The notes below the pieces were generated by a model, which saw nothing but the letters and a program-made list of their open reading frames with translations, made no database searches and had not been told where the DNA came from. A stretch of 64,000 nucleotides of DNA from Clostridiales bacterium (GTDB lineage Bacteria > Bacillota > Clostridia > Oscillospirales > CAG-272), in assembly GCA_022793655.1 (NCBI GenBank), contig JAAWDG010000011.1, positions 37,729-101,728 on the forward strand, written 5' to 3'. Positions 1 through 8,399 of the stretch are shown piece after piece. The number at the start of each line of letters is the position of its first letter. Position 1 is the first letter of the stretch. Made by a program: the position numbers and the translations under genes.

Positions 1-679
1 AAATTTAGTGCTTAGCAGCGTGGCTGCCCGTATTGGTATTCAAAGTGTAGAAGATTTATACAATACCGTGGGCTATGGCGGACTTTCCATGAGCAAGCTT
101 TCGCCCCGTATCAAGGATGAATTTGATCGGACCGTGCGCGAAAAGGCGAGCAGTCCAGAGATCATATCGGTCGATCAAGTCTACACAAAACCGGCCGGCA
201 AACGAAGCCTTGGCGGGGTTGTGATTGATGGCGTTGAGGGATGCAGTGTTAAATTTGCTAAGTGCTGCAATCCATTGCCGGGCGACGCAATCACTGGCTT
301 TATTACAAAGGGGTATGGCGTTTCTATTCATAAAATTGACTGTCCTAATGTAAAACGGCTTTATGATGATGGAGAGAATCGCGAGCGATTTATCACCGCG
401 TATTGGCAAAACCATGGCGGCGTGTCATCGAGCGAAAGTTTATTTGAGGCTTACCTTCAGATTTATGCCAATGATTCTATTTCACTGGTGTCTGATATAT
501 CGACAGCGCTGGCTGATATGCATATTGCACTGCATCAAATCAATATGCAGAAAAAAGAGGGGGCGATTATGCTTAATTTAGTCATCAGCTGTAAGAATTT
601 AGAGCATTTTCATTCGATTGTTTCGAGAATCAAAAAGATTCCAAACGTCAACAGTGTTGTCAGGGGGTTCACGCAATGA
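1..679 (+). CDS. relA: (p)ppGpp synthetase/hydrolase RelA/SpoT family, C-terminal part (5' truncated by window)
   Basis: VKFAKCCNPLPGD..ITKGYGVSIHKIDCPNV zinc-finger motif and C-terminal ACT-like domain; overlaps dtd as in the conserved rel-dtd pair. Confidence 0.93.
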   Translation, partial: NLVLSSVAARIGIQSVEDLYNTVGYGGLSMSKLSPRIKDEFDRTVREKASSPEIISVDQVYTKPAGKRSLGGVVIDGVEGCSVKFAKCCNPLPGDAITGFITKGYGVSIHKIDCPNVKRLYDDGENRERFITAYWQNHGGVSSSESLFEAYLQIYANDSISLVSDISTALADMHIALHQINMQKKEGAIMLNLVISCKNLEHFHSIVSRIKKIPNVNSVVRGFTQ

Positions 680-1131
680 TTGCAGTGTTACAGCGGGTAA
701 AACAGGCCTCCGTGACGGTAAACGAGCAATGTGTCGGTGAAATTAACCATGGTCTTTTAATCCTTTTAGGCGTCAAAGCAGGGGACACAGCGCGGGATGT
801 AAACGCGCTGTGTGCCAAAATTGCAAAGCTTAGAATTTTTGAAGATGAGTCCGGCAAGATGAATTGTTCGGTGCGCGATGTAGGCGGTGCGTGCTTGGTT
901 ATTTCTAATTTTACGCTGCTGGCCGATTATCACCATGGGAACCGTCCGGATTTTTTAAACGCCGAAAAGCCAGCGCAGGCAAACGTACTCTATGAATCTT
1001 TTATCGAGAACTTGTCAGCGCTTTTAGAGGGGCGGGTGCAATGCGGAGAATTTGGGGCCGATATGCAGGTGTCTTTGGTGAACGATGGACCCGTAACGAT
1101 TGTCATGGACAGTGAAATTTTAAAAAAATGA
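676..1131 (+). CDS. dtd: D-aminoacyl-tRNA deacylase
   Basis: MIAVLQRVKQASV, SNFTL and NDGPVT motifs; downstream of rel. Confidence 0.96.
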   Translation: MIAVLQRVKQASVTVNEQCVGEINHGLLILLGVKAGDTARDVNALCAKIAKLRIFEDESGKMNCSVRDVGGACLVISNFTLLADYHHGNRPDFLNAEKPAQANVLYESFIENLSALLEGRVQCGEFGADMQVSLVNDGPVTIVMDSEILKK

Positions 1132-1142
1132 AGTAGATAATT

Positions 1143-2603
1143 ATGATTGTTAATATTACAGGAAATACAAATCGAAATTACGTTGAAAATTTATGTCTTA
1201 TATTTTTCCCTGGTTCTAAGTTTGCAAAGGATGAAATATATACAGAAGAAACACCGGTATTAGAACTGTTGGTCGAGGAAGACGATGAATGGGTGCGGGC
1301 AAAAGCATCCATGAAAATAGGCGAGCAGAGTGCTTCTGGTTCGGGTGAACGTCGGCTGACTGTCCAGATGGCCAATAAAAAGGCCGTGGGTGAGGCCGTG
1401 CTGGAGGCTGGCCGCCGTCTTTGCGGTTATCAGCCGGCGTGGGGTTTTTTGACCGGTATACGCCCTGCAAAAATTGCTTCTGATATGTTGGCCGAAGGCT
1501 GTGATGCGGCTACTGTGCGGCGTCGACTGCGCAATGAATACTTTTTAATTCCGAAAAAAGCGGCGCTGCTCACGAATATTGCTGTCAATGAACAGAATAT
1601 TATTGCTTCACTTGCGGAAAATAGTTGCAGCGTCTATATTTCGATTCCCTTTTGCCCAACTCGCTGTGCCTATTGTTCTTTCGTTTCCTATTCGACCAAA
1701 AGACTGCTTTCCATGATTCCTGATTATATCGAACGATTAGTGCGGGATATTGATGATACCTTTGCTATGATTCAAAAGCTTGGCAAAAAAGTAGTGACGG
1801 TATATATTGGCGGCGGTACGCCCACAACGCTTAGCGCTGATGAATTATCGATCCTATTAAGTGCTGTGGAAAGAAATGTTGATGTTGGCCAGTTATTAGA
1901 ATATACAGTTGAAGCTGGTCGGCCGGATACGGTGACAGCCGAAAAAATGAGCGTGCTGTTAGCGCATGGCGTAACCCGTGTGAGCATTAACCCACAGACT
2001 TTTAATGAGGCGGTCTTGGATCGAATTGGTCGGTGCCATACCGTAGAAGATTTTTACCGTGCTTATGATATTGCGCGCAACTCGGGCGTAAAATATATTA
2101 ATGCGGATTTGATTGCCGGCTTGCCTGGCGAGGGGTTCCGCACGTTTGCCAAATCGGTCGATGCCATTTTGGCGCTGCGTCCGGATAATATTACCTATCA
2201 TACATTTTGTGTAAAGAAAGCGGCCGATATATTGCGTTCAAACGCGGATATTTATTCCAGAACTGGCGGCGATACGTTCAAGAGCGTTGATTATACACAG
2301 CTTAAGAGCAAGGCGGCTGGCTATATACCTTATTATATTTACCGACAGAAAAATTCCATGGGCAATCTTGAGAACGTTGGCTTTGCACTGCCTGGCGCCG
2401 AGGGACTTTATAATATTTTTATTATCGAAGAAGTTCATAGTATTTTTGCTATAGGCGCGGGCGCCTCGACCAAGATGGTTGGCGGGGGTAAGATTAAACG
2501 GGCGTTTATGCCTAAATATCCATATGAGTATTTGGCGATGAGCGAAGAGGCTATCACGAGTTATTATGAAAAAATAGATGAATTTTTCACAGAGAATGGG
2601 TGA
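1143..2603 (+). CDS. hemZ: HemZ-type radical SAM protein (HemN-like family)
   Basis: WGFLTGIRPAK N-terminal motif, CPTRCAYC radical SAM motif, PYYIYRQKN. Confidence 0.88.
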   Translation: MIVNITGNTNRNYVENLCLIFFPGSKFAKDEIYTEETPVLELLVEEDDEWVRAKASMKIGEQSASGSGERRLTVQMANKKAVGEAVLEAGRRLCGYQPAWGFLTGIRPAKIASDMLAEGCDAATVRRRLRNEYFLIPKKAALLTNIAVNEQNIIASLAENSCSVYISIPFCPTRCAYCSFVSYSTKRLLSMIPDYIERLVRDIDDTFAMIQKLGKKVVTVYIGGGTPTTLSADELSILLSAVERNVDVGQLLEYTVEAGRPDTVTAEKMSVLLAHGVTRVSINPQTFNEAVLDRIGRCHTVEDFYRAYDIARNSGVKYINADLIAGLPGEGFRTFAKSVDAILALRPDNITYHTFCVKKAADILRSNADIYSRTGGDTFKSVDYTQLKSKAAGYIPYYIYRQKNSMGNLENVGFALPGAEGLYNIFIIEEVHSIFAIGAGASTKMVGGGKIKRAFMPKYPYEYLAMSEEAITSYYEKIDEFFTENG

Positions 2604-3517
2604 ATTGCATGATCATATTGCGAAATCAGTTTTTGAGCGAAGCAGATAAAATGAAATATATTGGCGATTGTGAGAGGGCGTTTGAGCAAAAGCTTCGTTA
2701 TATTTCGCAAAAAATTATAACCAGGCAAGGGGTAAAAATTGTCACCTTGTCTGGGCCTTCTTGCTCCTGCAAAACGACGGTGGTTAAAAAGCTGGTTCGG
2801 GATGTGAGCGAAGCGGGCAAGAGTATCAAAATTATTTCAATAGACGATTTTTTTCTCTCTCGCATTACCAATCGAGAAGAAGCGTTAAAAAAAGGGGAGA
2901 AAATCGACTTTGACTCGATTGACGCCATTGATTTTGCGTATTTTTGCGAATGTTGTAATCAATTATTCGCTGGACATCCGGCTCGTTTGCCTGTGTTTGA
3001 TTTTGTGAGCGCTACGCGAACCGGTTATATCGAGTGTAATCCCGCTGATTATGATATTATCGCTTTTGAAGGCATACAGGCTATTTATCCAGAGATTCGA
3101 GCTAAACTTTCCGAATATGGTTTTATGAGTATATTTATTAGTGTAGAAGGGCCAGTGCAAATTGGCGGCGAAATATTTACAGGACGGGATATACGCTTTG
3201 CAAGACGGATGGTAAGAGACTATTATTTTCGCAATGCCAAGGCCGAGTTTACCATGTTTCTATGGGATAGCGTCATTGAAAATGAAGATAAAAATATGCT
3301 GCCCTATGCACACTTATCTGATATTCGTATCGACTCTTTTATTCCCTATGAACTCAATATGATTAAAGAACCGCTGGCGGCCATTCTTTCTACGGTGCCA
3401 CCGGAGGATCAGCATTATAAGCAGGCTTGCGCCTTTATGGCACGGTTTGCCGATATTGTACCAATCAGCAGAAATTATTTGCCGAAAGATTCTATGTACA
3501 GGGAATTTTTGGGCTAA
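2600..3517 (+). CDS. uridine/nucleoside kinase family protein
   Basis: LSGPSCSCKTT P-loop variant, SIDDFF, FEGIQA, RRMVRDYYFRN, C-terminal SMYREFLG. Confidence 0.8.
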   Translation: MNCMIILRNQFLSEADKMKYIGDCERAFEQKLRYISQKIITRQGVKIVTLSGPSCSCKTTVVKKLVRDVSEAGKSIKIISIDDFFLSRITNREEALKKGEKIDFDSIDAIDFAYFCECCNQLFAGHPARLPVFDFVSATRTGYIECNPADYDIIAFEGIQAIYPEIRAKLSEYGFMSIFISVEGPVQIGGEIFTGRDIRFARRMVRDYYFRNAKAEFTMFLWDSVIENEDKNMLPYAHLSDIRIDSFIPYELNMIKEPLAAILSTVPPEDQHYKQACAFMARFADIVPISRNYLPKDSMYREFLG

Positions 3518-3569
3518 TAAACCATTGGCGGCAAGCCAGTTAGTTTTTAGAAAGGCGTGATCTTATTTT

Positions 3570-5210
3570 ATGGCAAAGAAAGCAAAGAATTTATTTTTAT
3601 CAGGTGTATTTATCCTGTCGATATCCAATATCATCATTAAAGTTATTGGGCTTATGTTTAAAATTCCCCTTACCAATATTATTGGAGACAGCGGTATGGG
3701 CTATTTTAATTCGGCCTATACCATTTATGTATGGTTTTATATGATTAGTACCGCCGGCCTGCCGGTCGCTGTTTCGATTATGATCAGCGAGGCAAGAGCC
3801 AAAGGCAACCTGTTAGAAGTAAAACGTATCTATAAAGTGACAATGGGCTTGTTTTTGCTGATTGGCGCGGCCGGCACGGCTGTGATGATGTTAGGGGCTG
3901 GCGGCTTTGCTTCGCTTATCGGTAATGACGGAGCTCGTTTATCTATTTTGGCGATCGCTCCTACTTTGTTCTTTATCTGTATTTCCAGTGCGATCAGGGG
4001 CTATTTTCAAGGCTATCAGTACATGGTGCCTACTGCCATTTCGCAATTAATTGAGGCGGCGGGAAAACTGATATTTGGTATTTTGCTGGCATCCTATGCG
4101 GTATCTCGGTTTACCGAACAGTCGGCGCTGCCAACGGTTTCTTCTTATGCAATTTTTGGTCTCGATATTGCTGTTTTTCTCGGCATGCTGTACTTAATTT
4201 TTGCAAAGTTTCGTTTTAAAAGTGAGCAATTCGACAAAGATGTTGTTGCAAAAGAGACTGGTGTAGTGCGTAGCAATGGGCGTATTGCGGCGACGATTGC
4301 CAAAATTGCCATTCCGGTTACGATTAGCTCTTCGGTCATGAGCTTGACCAATTTAATTGATCTTTCGATTGTTATGCGGCGGCTGCAGTCAATCGGCCTT
4401 TCACAGGCGATGTCAAATGCGGTGTGGGGGAATTACTCCTCGCTTGCAGTGCCTATGTTTAATTTACCGCCTGTTTTGATTTATCCGATTTCTTATTCAC
4501 TGGTTCCTTTGTTGTCTGGTTATTTTGCGGATGGCAGACAAGAGAAAGCGAATAAGACTATGCATAGTGCTATTCGCATTTCGGCTATTATCATTATTCC
4601 TATGGCGCTCGGCCTCTCTGTGATGGCGGAACCAATCTTGAAGTTGCTGTATAACCCGCATTCGGCCGAAATGGCGGCACCGCTGCTCTCGATATTAGCG
4701 CTTTCGGTTTTCTTTGTCGGTATGATTGCCATCACAAATGCCATTTTGCAGGCGTCTGGTCATGAAAAACTGCCCATTTTGTCAATGGTGGCAGGTGCTG
4801 TTGTCAAAATCATTTCCAGTTTGATTTTAATTGGTATACCTTCGATTGGTATCTATGGTACGCCGATTGGCACATTCTTGTGTTATATGACAACCACAAT
4901 TATTAATTTTTATTATATTGCGAAGTACACCGGCGTGGTGCCCAAATTGGTTCAAACCTTTCTTAAACCATTGGCCGCGGGCTTTGTCTGCTGTATGGGC
5001 GCGTATGGCACGTATTTTGTTGCGAGTCGTTTTGTGGATGTATCAAGCCGTGTTGGCAACGGGATTGCTACGCTGGCGGCTATTATGATTGCTTGCATTC
5101 TTTATCTTACTTTGCTATTATTGTGTAAAGGACTTGATAAAGAAGATATTTGCATGTTGCCAAAGGGAAATAAAATCGCAGGCCTTTTACATAAAATGAG
5201 GCTTATGTAA
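3570..5210 (+). CDS. MOP-superfamily flippase, YabM/SpoVB-like polysaccharide biosynthesis protein
   Basis: KVIGLMFKIPLTNIIG, STAGLPVAVS, RGYFQG..PTAISQLIE motifs; many TM helices; upstream of yabO-yabP-yabQ. Confidence 0.88.
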   Translation: MAKKAKNLFLSGVFILSISNIIIKVIGLMFKIPLTNIIGDSGMGYFNSAYTIYVWFYMISTAGLPVAVSIMISEARAKGNLLEVKRIYKVTMGLFLLIGAAGTAVMMLGAGGFASLIGNDGARLSILAIAPTLFFICISSAIRGYFQGYQYMVPTAISQLIEAAGKLIFGILLASYAVSRFTEQSALPTVSSYAIFGLDIAVFLGMLYLIFAKFRFKSEQFDKDVVAKETGVVRSNGRIAATIAKIAIPVTISSSVMSLTNLIDLSIVMRRLQSIGLSQAMSNAVWGNYSSLAVPMFNLPPVLIYPISYSLVPLLSGYFADGRQEKANKTMHSAIRISAIIIIPMALGLSVMAEPILKLLYNPHSAEMAAPLLSILALSVFFVGMIAITNAILQASGHEKLPILSMVAGAVVKIISSLILIGIPSIGIYGTPIGTFLCYMTTTIINFYYIAKYTGVVPKLVQTFLKPLAAGFVCCMGAYGTYFVASRFVDVSSRVGNGIATLAAIMIACILYLTLLLLCKGLDKEDICMLPKGNKIAGLLHKMRLM

Positions 5211-5239
5211 ATCAATAAATTAAAGAGAAGGAAAAATAA

Positions 5240-5482
5240 ATGAGACTTGATAAATATTTGAAGGTTTCGCGGCTTATTAAGCGAAGAACAGTCGCCAATG
5301 ACGCTTGCGACGGATCGCATATCATGGTAAATGGCCGATCGGCCAAGGCGTCTTATCAGGTGAAAATAGGCGATGTGATTGAAATTAAGTTAGGGGCTAA
5401 AACATCGAAATTTAAAGTGCTGGATGTGCGTGAGCATGTGCAGAAAAATGACGCTTCAGATATGTATGAGGTTATAGAGTAA
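5240..5482 (+). CDS. yabO: S4-domain RNA-binding protein YabO/RqcP
   Basis: MRLDKYLKVSRLIKRRTVA signature; synteny. Confidence 0.93.
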   Translation: MRLDKYLKVSRLIKRRTVANDACDGSHIMVNGRSAKASYQVKIGDVIEIKLGAKTSKFKVLDVREHVQKNDASDMYEVIE

Positions 5483-5500
5483 AGATTTTTCGCATATAAT
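5472..5500 (+). promoter_or_regulatory. putative sigma-E promoter of yabP-yabQ
   Basis: TTATAGA-14 nt-CATATAAT resembles the sigma-E consensus; yabPQ is sigma-E controlled in B. subtilis. Confidence 0.55.
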
Positions 5501-5534
5501 CCAAATGGATCATCCATATAGGGGGTATATGCAC

Positions 5535-5804
5535 ATGAGTGAACAAACTATGACCGAAAAGCCACACGCCATCGCGGTGAAAAATCGCGAGATTGCTACG
5601 GTAACCGGTGTGAGCGAGGTTTTAAATTTTGATGAAGAGGGAATTATGCTGAAAACCAGCATGGGTACCCTTGGCATTGATGGAGAAGACCTGCGAATTA
5701 CAAGACTTGATTTAGATCGCCAAGAGGTAGATTTTGAAGGCAAAATCAACGGTTTCATGTATGCACAGCAAGCCAAACGAAAAGGGCTCTTTCGGAAAAA
5801 CTAA
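5535..5804 (+). CDS. yabP: sporulation protein YabP
   Basis: HAIAVKNRE..VTGVSEVLNFDEE..LGIDGEDLRITRLDL..FEGKINGFMY pattern; start chosen from GGGGG RBS. Confidence 0.88.
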   Translation: MSEQTMTEKPHAIAVKNREIATVTGVSEVLNFDEEGIMLKTSMGTLGIDGEDLRITRLDLDRQEVDFEGKINGFMYAQQAKRKGLFRKN

Positions 5805-6316
5805 TGGATATTACCGATCGCAGAGTTCTTTTATTAACGGCTTATTCACTTGTTTTAGGTGTATTTCTGGGCCTGTGCTGGGGTGTGTTGTCATTTATTC
5901 GCATTGTCTTGACCCCTTCTGCTAAGACAGATGTAAAATCGCGCATTATGTGTGATATGATCACCTTCTTTTTTGATGTGTTCTTTGCACTGTTTTCATC
6001 GGTGGCGGCTGTGTTTTTGTTTTTTGGCGCGAATAATGGGCGCATACGTCTTTTGGGTTTAGTGGGCTGCGGTGTAGGTTTCGTTGTCTATCACACGCTG
6101 ATTGGCAAGCGGCTCTTGAAGGCGGCCGAGCGTTTTGTTCATATCGTTCGACGGGGTCTTATATTTATTTATCGCAAAACATTGGGACGCGTATTTACTA
6201 TGTTCAAAAATATGTTTATGGCTCCTTGGCGTTTTGCGAAGCGAAAGATGGGACAAAGAAAGAAGAAAGTAAAGGCAGTCAAACGACGCAAATCTACAGA
6301 AAAATTTACGATATGA
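5804..6316 (+). CDS. yabQ: spore cortex biosynthesis protein YabQ
   Basis: hydrophobic, DVFFA and NNGRIR motifs, overlaps yabP stop. Confidence 0.82.
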   Translation: MDITDRRVLLLTAYSLVLGVFLGLCWGVLSFIRIVLTPSAKTDVKSRIMCDMITFFFDVFFALFSSVAAVFLFFGANNGRIRLLGLVGCGVGFVVYHTLIGKRLLKAAERFVHIVRRGLIFIYRKTLGRVFTMFKNMFMAPWRFAKRKMGQRKKKVKAVKRRKSTEKFTI

Positions 6317-6317
6317 C

Positions 6318-6429
6318 AAGAATAACCCTAAAGGGTTATTCTTACGAAATTTAACTGGTCGTGCGGATGCACGACCTGCCGGATTATCCGGCACCGTTAA
6401 ATTTCAAGGTAGCTGAAACTTTATGATAC
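6318..6429 (+). repeat. structured intergenic repeat, copy 1
   Basis: AAGAATAACCC-taaa-GGGTTATTCTT hairpin; P1 GAAATTTAAC/GTTAAATTTC enclosing GGTCGTGC/GCACGACC and TGCCGGA/TCCGGCA; tail AAGGTAGCTGAAACTTTATGATAC. Confidence 0.9.
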
Positions 6430-6540
6430 AACAAAAACCCTGGCGGGTAATTCTTGGAAAGATTGACTTGTCACCTAAAAAGGTGACATTCCGGCAGTGC
6501 CGGAAACGCCAATCTTTATGGTAGTTAAAACCTTTATAAC
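6430..6540 (+). repeat. structured intergenic repeat, copy 2 (tandem)
   Basis: degenerate 5' hairpin; P1 AAAGATTGAC/GCCAATCTTT; TGTCACCT/AGGTGACA; TTCCGGC/GCCGGAA; tail ATGGTAGTTAAAACCTTTATAAC. Confidence 0.88.
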
Positions 6541-6654
6541 AAGAACACTCCTAACGGATTGCTCTTAGAAAGTTCATCTTTTTGCTTTCTTAAGCGAAAT
6601 TCCAGCGAAGCTGGAAACGATGAATTTTTCGTTAGCTGAACGGTTGCGCGATAC
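6541..6654 (+). repeat. structured intergenic repeat, copy 3 (tandem)
   Basis: AAGAACAC..TTGCTCTTA; P1 AAAGTTCATC/GATGAATTTT; TTCCAGC/GCTGGAA; tail GTTAGCTGAAC..GATAC. Confidence 0.85.
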
Positions 6655-6686
6655 ATAGAATCATCAATAGATTGAAAGAGGACGTA

Positions 6687-6962
6687 ATGAAAAACTGGAA
6701 TTTTTTTATGAAAATAGCCGTGCTTGTGTTCCTTTTATTTGGTATTATCACGACGGTACAGTTAAATTTACAAATTTCTGAACTGAAAAAAACAGCTACC
6801 GCGTCTCGCAGTGAAATTGATTCATTGAATGACGATATTGATGAATTAATCGATGAAATCGAGCAGCCCATTGACGAAAATTATATCATGAAATTTGCAA
6901 GAGAAAGTTTAAACTATCATTTGCCGTCTGAAATTGTATATTATAATGATATGACCAAATAA
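6687..6962 (+). CDS. divIC: septum formation initiator DivIC/FtsB family
   Basis: short N-tail, TM helix, coiled coil, YIMKFARESLNYHLPSEIVY motif; downstream of yabQ. Confidence 0.85.
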   Translation: MKNWNFFMKIAVLVFLLFGIITTVQLNLQISELKKTATASRSEIDSLNDDIDELIDEIEQPIDENYIMKFARESLNYHLPSEIVYYNDMTK

Positions 6963-7072
6963 GAATAAGCCTTACGGCTTATTCTTATAAAATTTGACTT
7001 TTAATGAAAACAGCATTCTGCCTTAAGGCAGAATCGTCAAATTTTAAGTTAGTGGAAAGTTTGAAATTAAAT
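6961..7072 (+). repeat. structured intergenic repeat, copy 4
   Basis: AAGAATAAGCC-ttac-GGCTTATTCTT; P1 AAAATTTGAC/GTCAAATTTT; TTCTGCC/GGCAGAA; overlaps divIC TAA. Confidence 0.87.
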
Positions 7073-7213
7073 AAGAACAATTCTAACGGATTGATCTTAA
7101 AGAATAAGCCATGCGGCTTGGCCTTAGAAAATTAAACTTGCCGCGTAAGTAAGCGGCATTTTTGTAAAACCGAAACCGTTTAATTTTCAGATAGCTAAAA
7201 AAATGAGAAAAAT
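7073..7213 (+). repeat. isolated 5' hairpin (7073-7099) followed by structured repeat copy 5 (7100-7213)
   Basis: AAGAACAATTC..GGATTGATCTTA then AAGAATAAGCC..; P1 GAAAATTAAAC/GTTTAATTTTC; TGCCGC/GCGGCA; tail GATAGCTAAAA. Confidence 0.83.
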
Positions 7214-7263
7214 AAGGGCAAGTTCGCATCTTAGTCCAAGATATAAAAAATGAGGAAGTTGCT

Positions 7264-8109
7264 ATGAGAGAAATAAGCGCACAACAAATTACAATGGAAG
7301 TGAAAAAATTATTAATGCAGGCGAATTATGTTTTACCTGCTGATGCTGAAGCGTTGATTGGCAAGGCGCAGCAAAACGAGACCAATGGGTTAGCAAAAGA
7401 AGTACTTGCCGCTTTAGAACAGAACTTGTGCGCGGCAAAGGAAATGGAACTTCCTATTTGTCAGGATACGGGCATGGCGGTTCTTTTTGTTGAGCTGGGC
7501 AGGGAGGTTTGTATCGTGGGCGGTGAATATGAAGAGGCCATTCATGAAGGGGTCAGACAGGCCTATACCCAAGGCTTTTTGCGCAAAAGCGTGGTAAGAG
7601 ACCCTTTGTTTGATCGGGTCAATACGAATGATAATACACCGGCCATTATCCATACCAGAATTGTGCCCGGCGATAAAGTGAAAATAACGGTGGCGCCCAA
7701 GGGATTTGGCAGCGAGAATATGAGCGCGATCAAGATGTTTACGCCATCAGCCAAACGAGAGGATATTATTCAATTTGTGTTAGATACCGTAAGAAATGCC
7801 GGCGGCAATCCTTGTCCTCCTCTATTGGTGGGCGTGGGTATTGGCGGCACCTTTGAATATTGTGCGCTGCTTGCTAAAAAGGCTTTAACACGGCCGGTGA
7901 GCCAGCACAATGCCTCGCCTGAATATCAAGCGTTAGAAGAAGATCTGCTTACACAGATTAATCAACTTGGTATTGGTCCGCAGGGCTTTGGCGGCGATAC
8001 AACGGCTTTGGCGGTAAATGTAGAGTGGTATCCAACCCATATTGCGGGTCTGCCGGTGGCGGTTAATATAAACTGTCATGTTATGCGGCATGCAGAAACA
8101 ATCCTGTAA
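7264..8109 (+). CDS. class I fumarate hydratase / tartrate dehydratase, alpha subunit
   Basis: [31 protein letters not shown] motifs. Confidence 0.92.
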   Translation: MREISAQQITMEVKKLLMQANYVLPADAEALIGKAQQNETNGLAKEVLAALEQNLCAAKEMELPICQDTGMAVLFVELGREVCIVGGEYEEAIHEGVRQAYTQGFLRKSVVRDPLFDRVNTNDNTPAIIHTRIVPGDKVKITVAPKGFGSENMSAIKMFTPSAKREDIIQFVLDTVRNAGGNPCPPLLVGVGIGGTFEYCALLAKKALTRPVSQHNASPEYQALEEDLLTQINQLGIGPQGFGGDTTALAVNVEWYPTHIAGLPVAVNINCHVMRHAETIL

Positions 8110-8126
8110 ATCAAATCACGATTGTG

Positions 8127-8155
8127 AAATCTCTCTTTAATTAGAGAGATTTTTT
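8127..8155 (+). terminator. intrinsic terminator after fumarase alpha gene
   Basis: AAATCTCTCT-ttaatt-AGAGAGATTT followed by T run. Confidence 0.7.
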
Positions 8156-8178
8156 ATGATTGCTTTTTAATATTCAAT

Positions 8179-8295
8179 AAGAATAATCTTTACGGATTAT
8201 TCTTGGAAAGTTTGTCTTGTTACCCACAAGCGGGGGATATTTCGGCTGTGCAGAAACCGCCAATCTTTTTGGTAGCTAAAACTTTATAATACAAT
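8179..8295 (+). repeat. structured intergenic repeat, copy 6
   Basis: AAGAATAATCT-ttac-GGATTATTCTT; GAAAGTTTGTC..GCCAATCTTT; tail TTGGTAGCTAAAACTTTATAATACAAT. Confidence 0.85.
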
Positions 8296-8338
8296 AAAAG
8301 ATTCATGAGCAAAATATGACAATTATTTTGATTTTCCA

Positions 8339-8368
8339 TTGACATAACAATACAATATATGGTATCAT
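8339..8368 (+). promoter_or_regulatory. sigma-A promoter of xpt-nucleoside ABC operon
   Basis: TTGACA-18 nt-TATCAT, preceded by TG. Confidence 0.55.
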
Positions 8369-8399
8369 TTTACAGTAAAGCCAATGTGGAGAAGATAGA

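Noticed and set aside
6318-6429. Repeat as hammerhead ribozyme, tRNA or integron attC site
   Set aside because: I found no CUGANGA core with a matching GAAA, no T/D-loop consensus or CCA, and no RYYYAAC/GTTRRRY boxes; flanking genes are core genes, not cassettes.
6318-7213. Tandem ~112-nt units as a CRISPR array
   Set aside because: The constant parts are too divergent, the variable parts are homologous folded cores rather than unique spacers, the period is too long and there are no cas genes in the window.
8296-8399. Purine riboswitch upstream of xpt
   Set aside because: The likely promoter leaves only a ~25-nt leader and no purine-riboswitch core motifs are visible.
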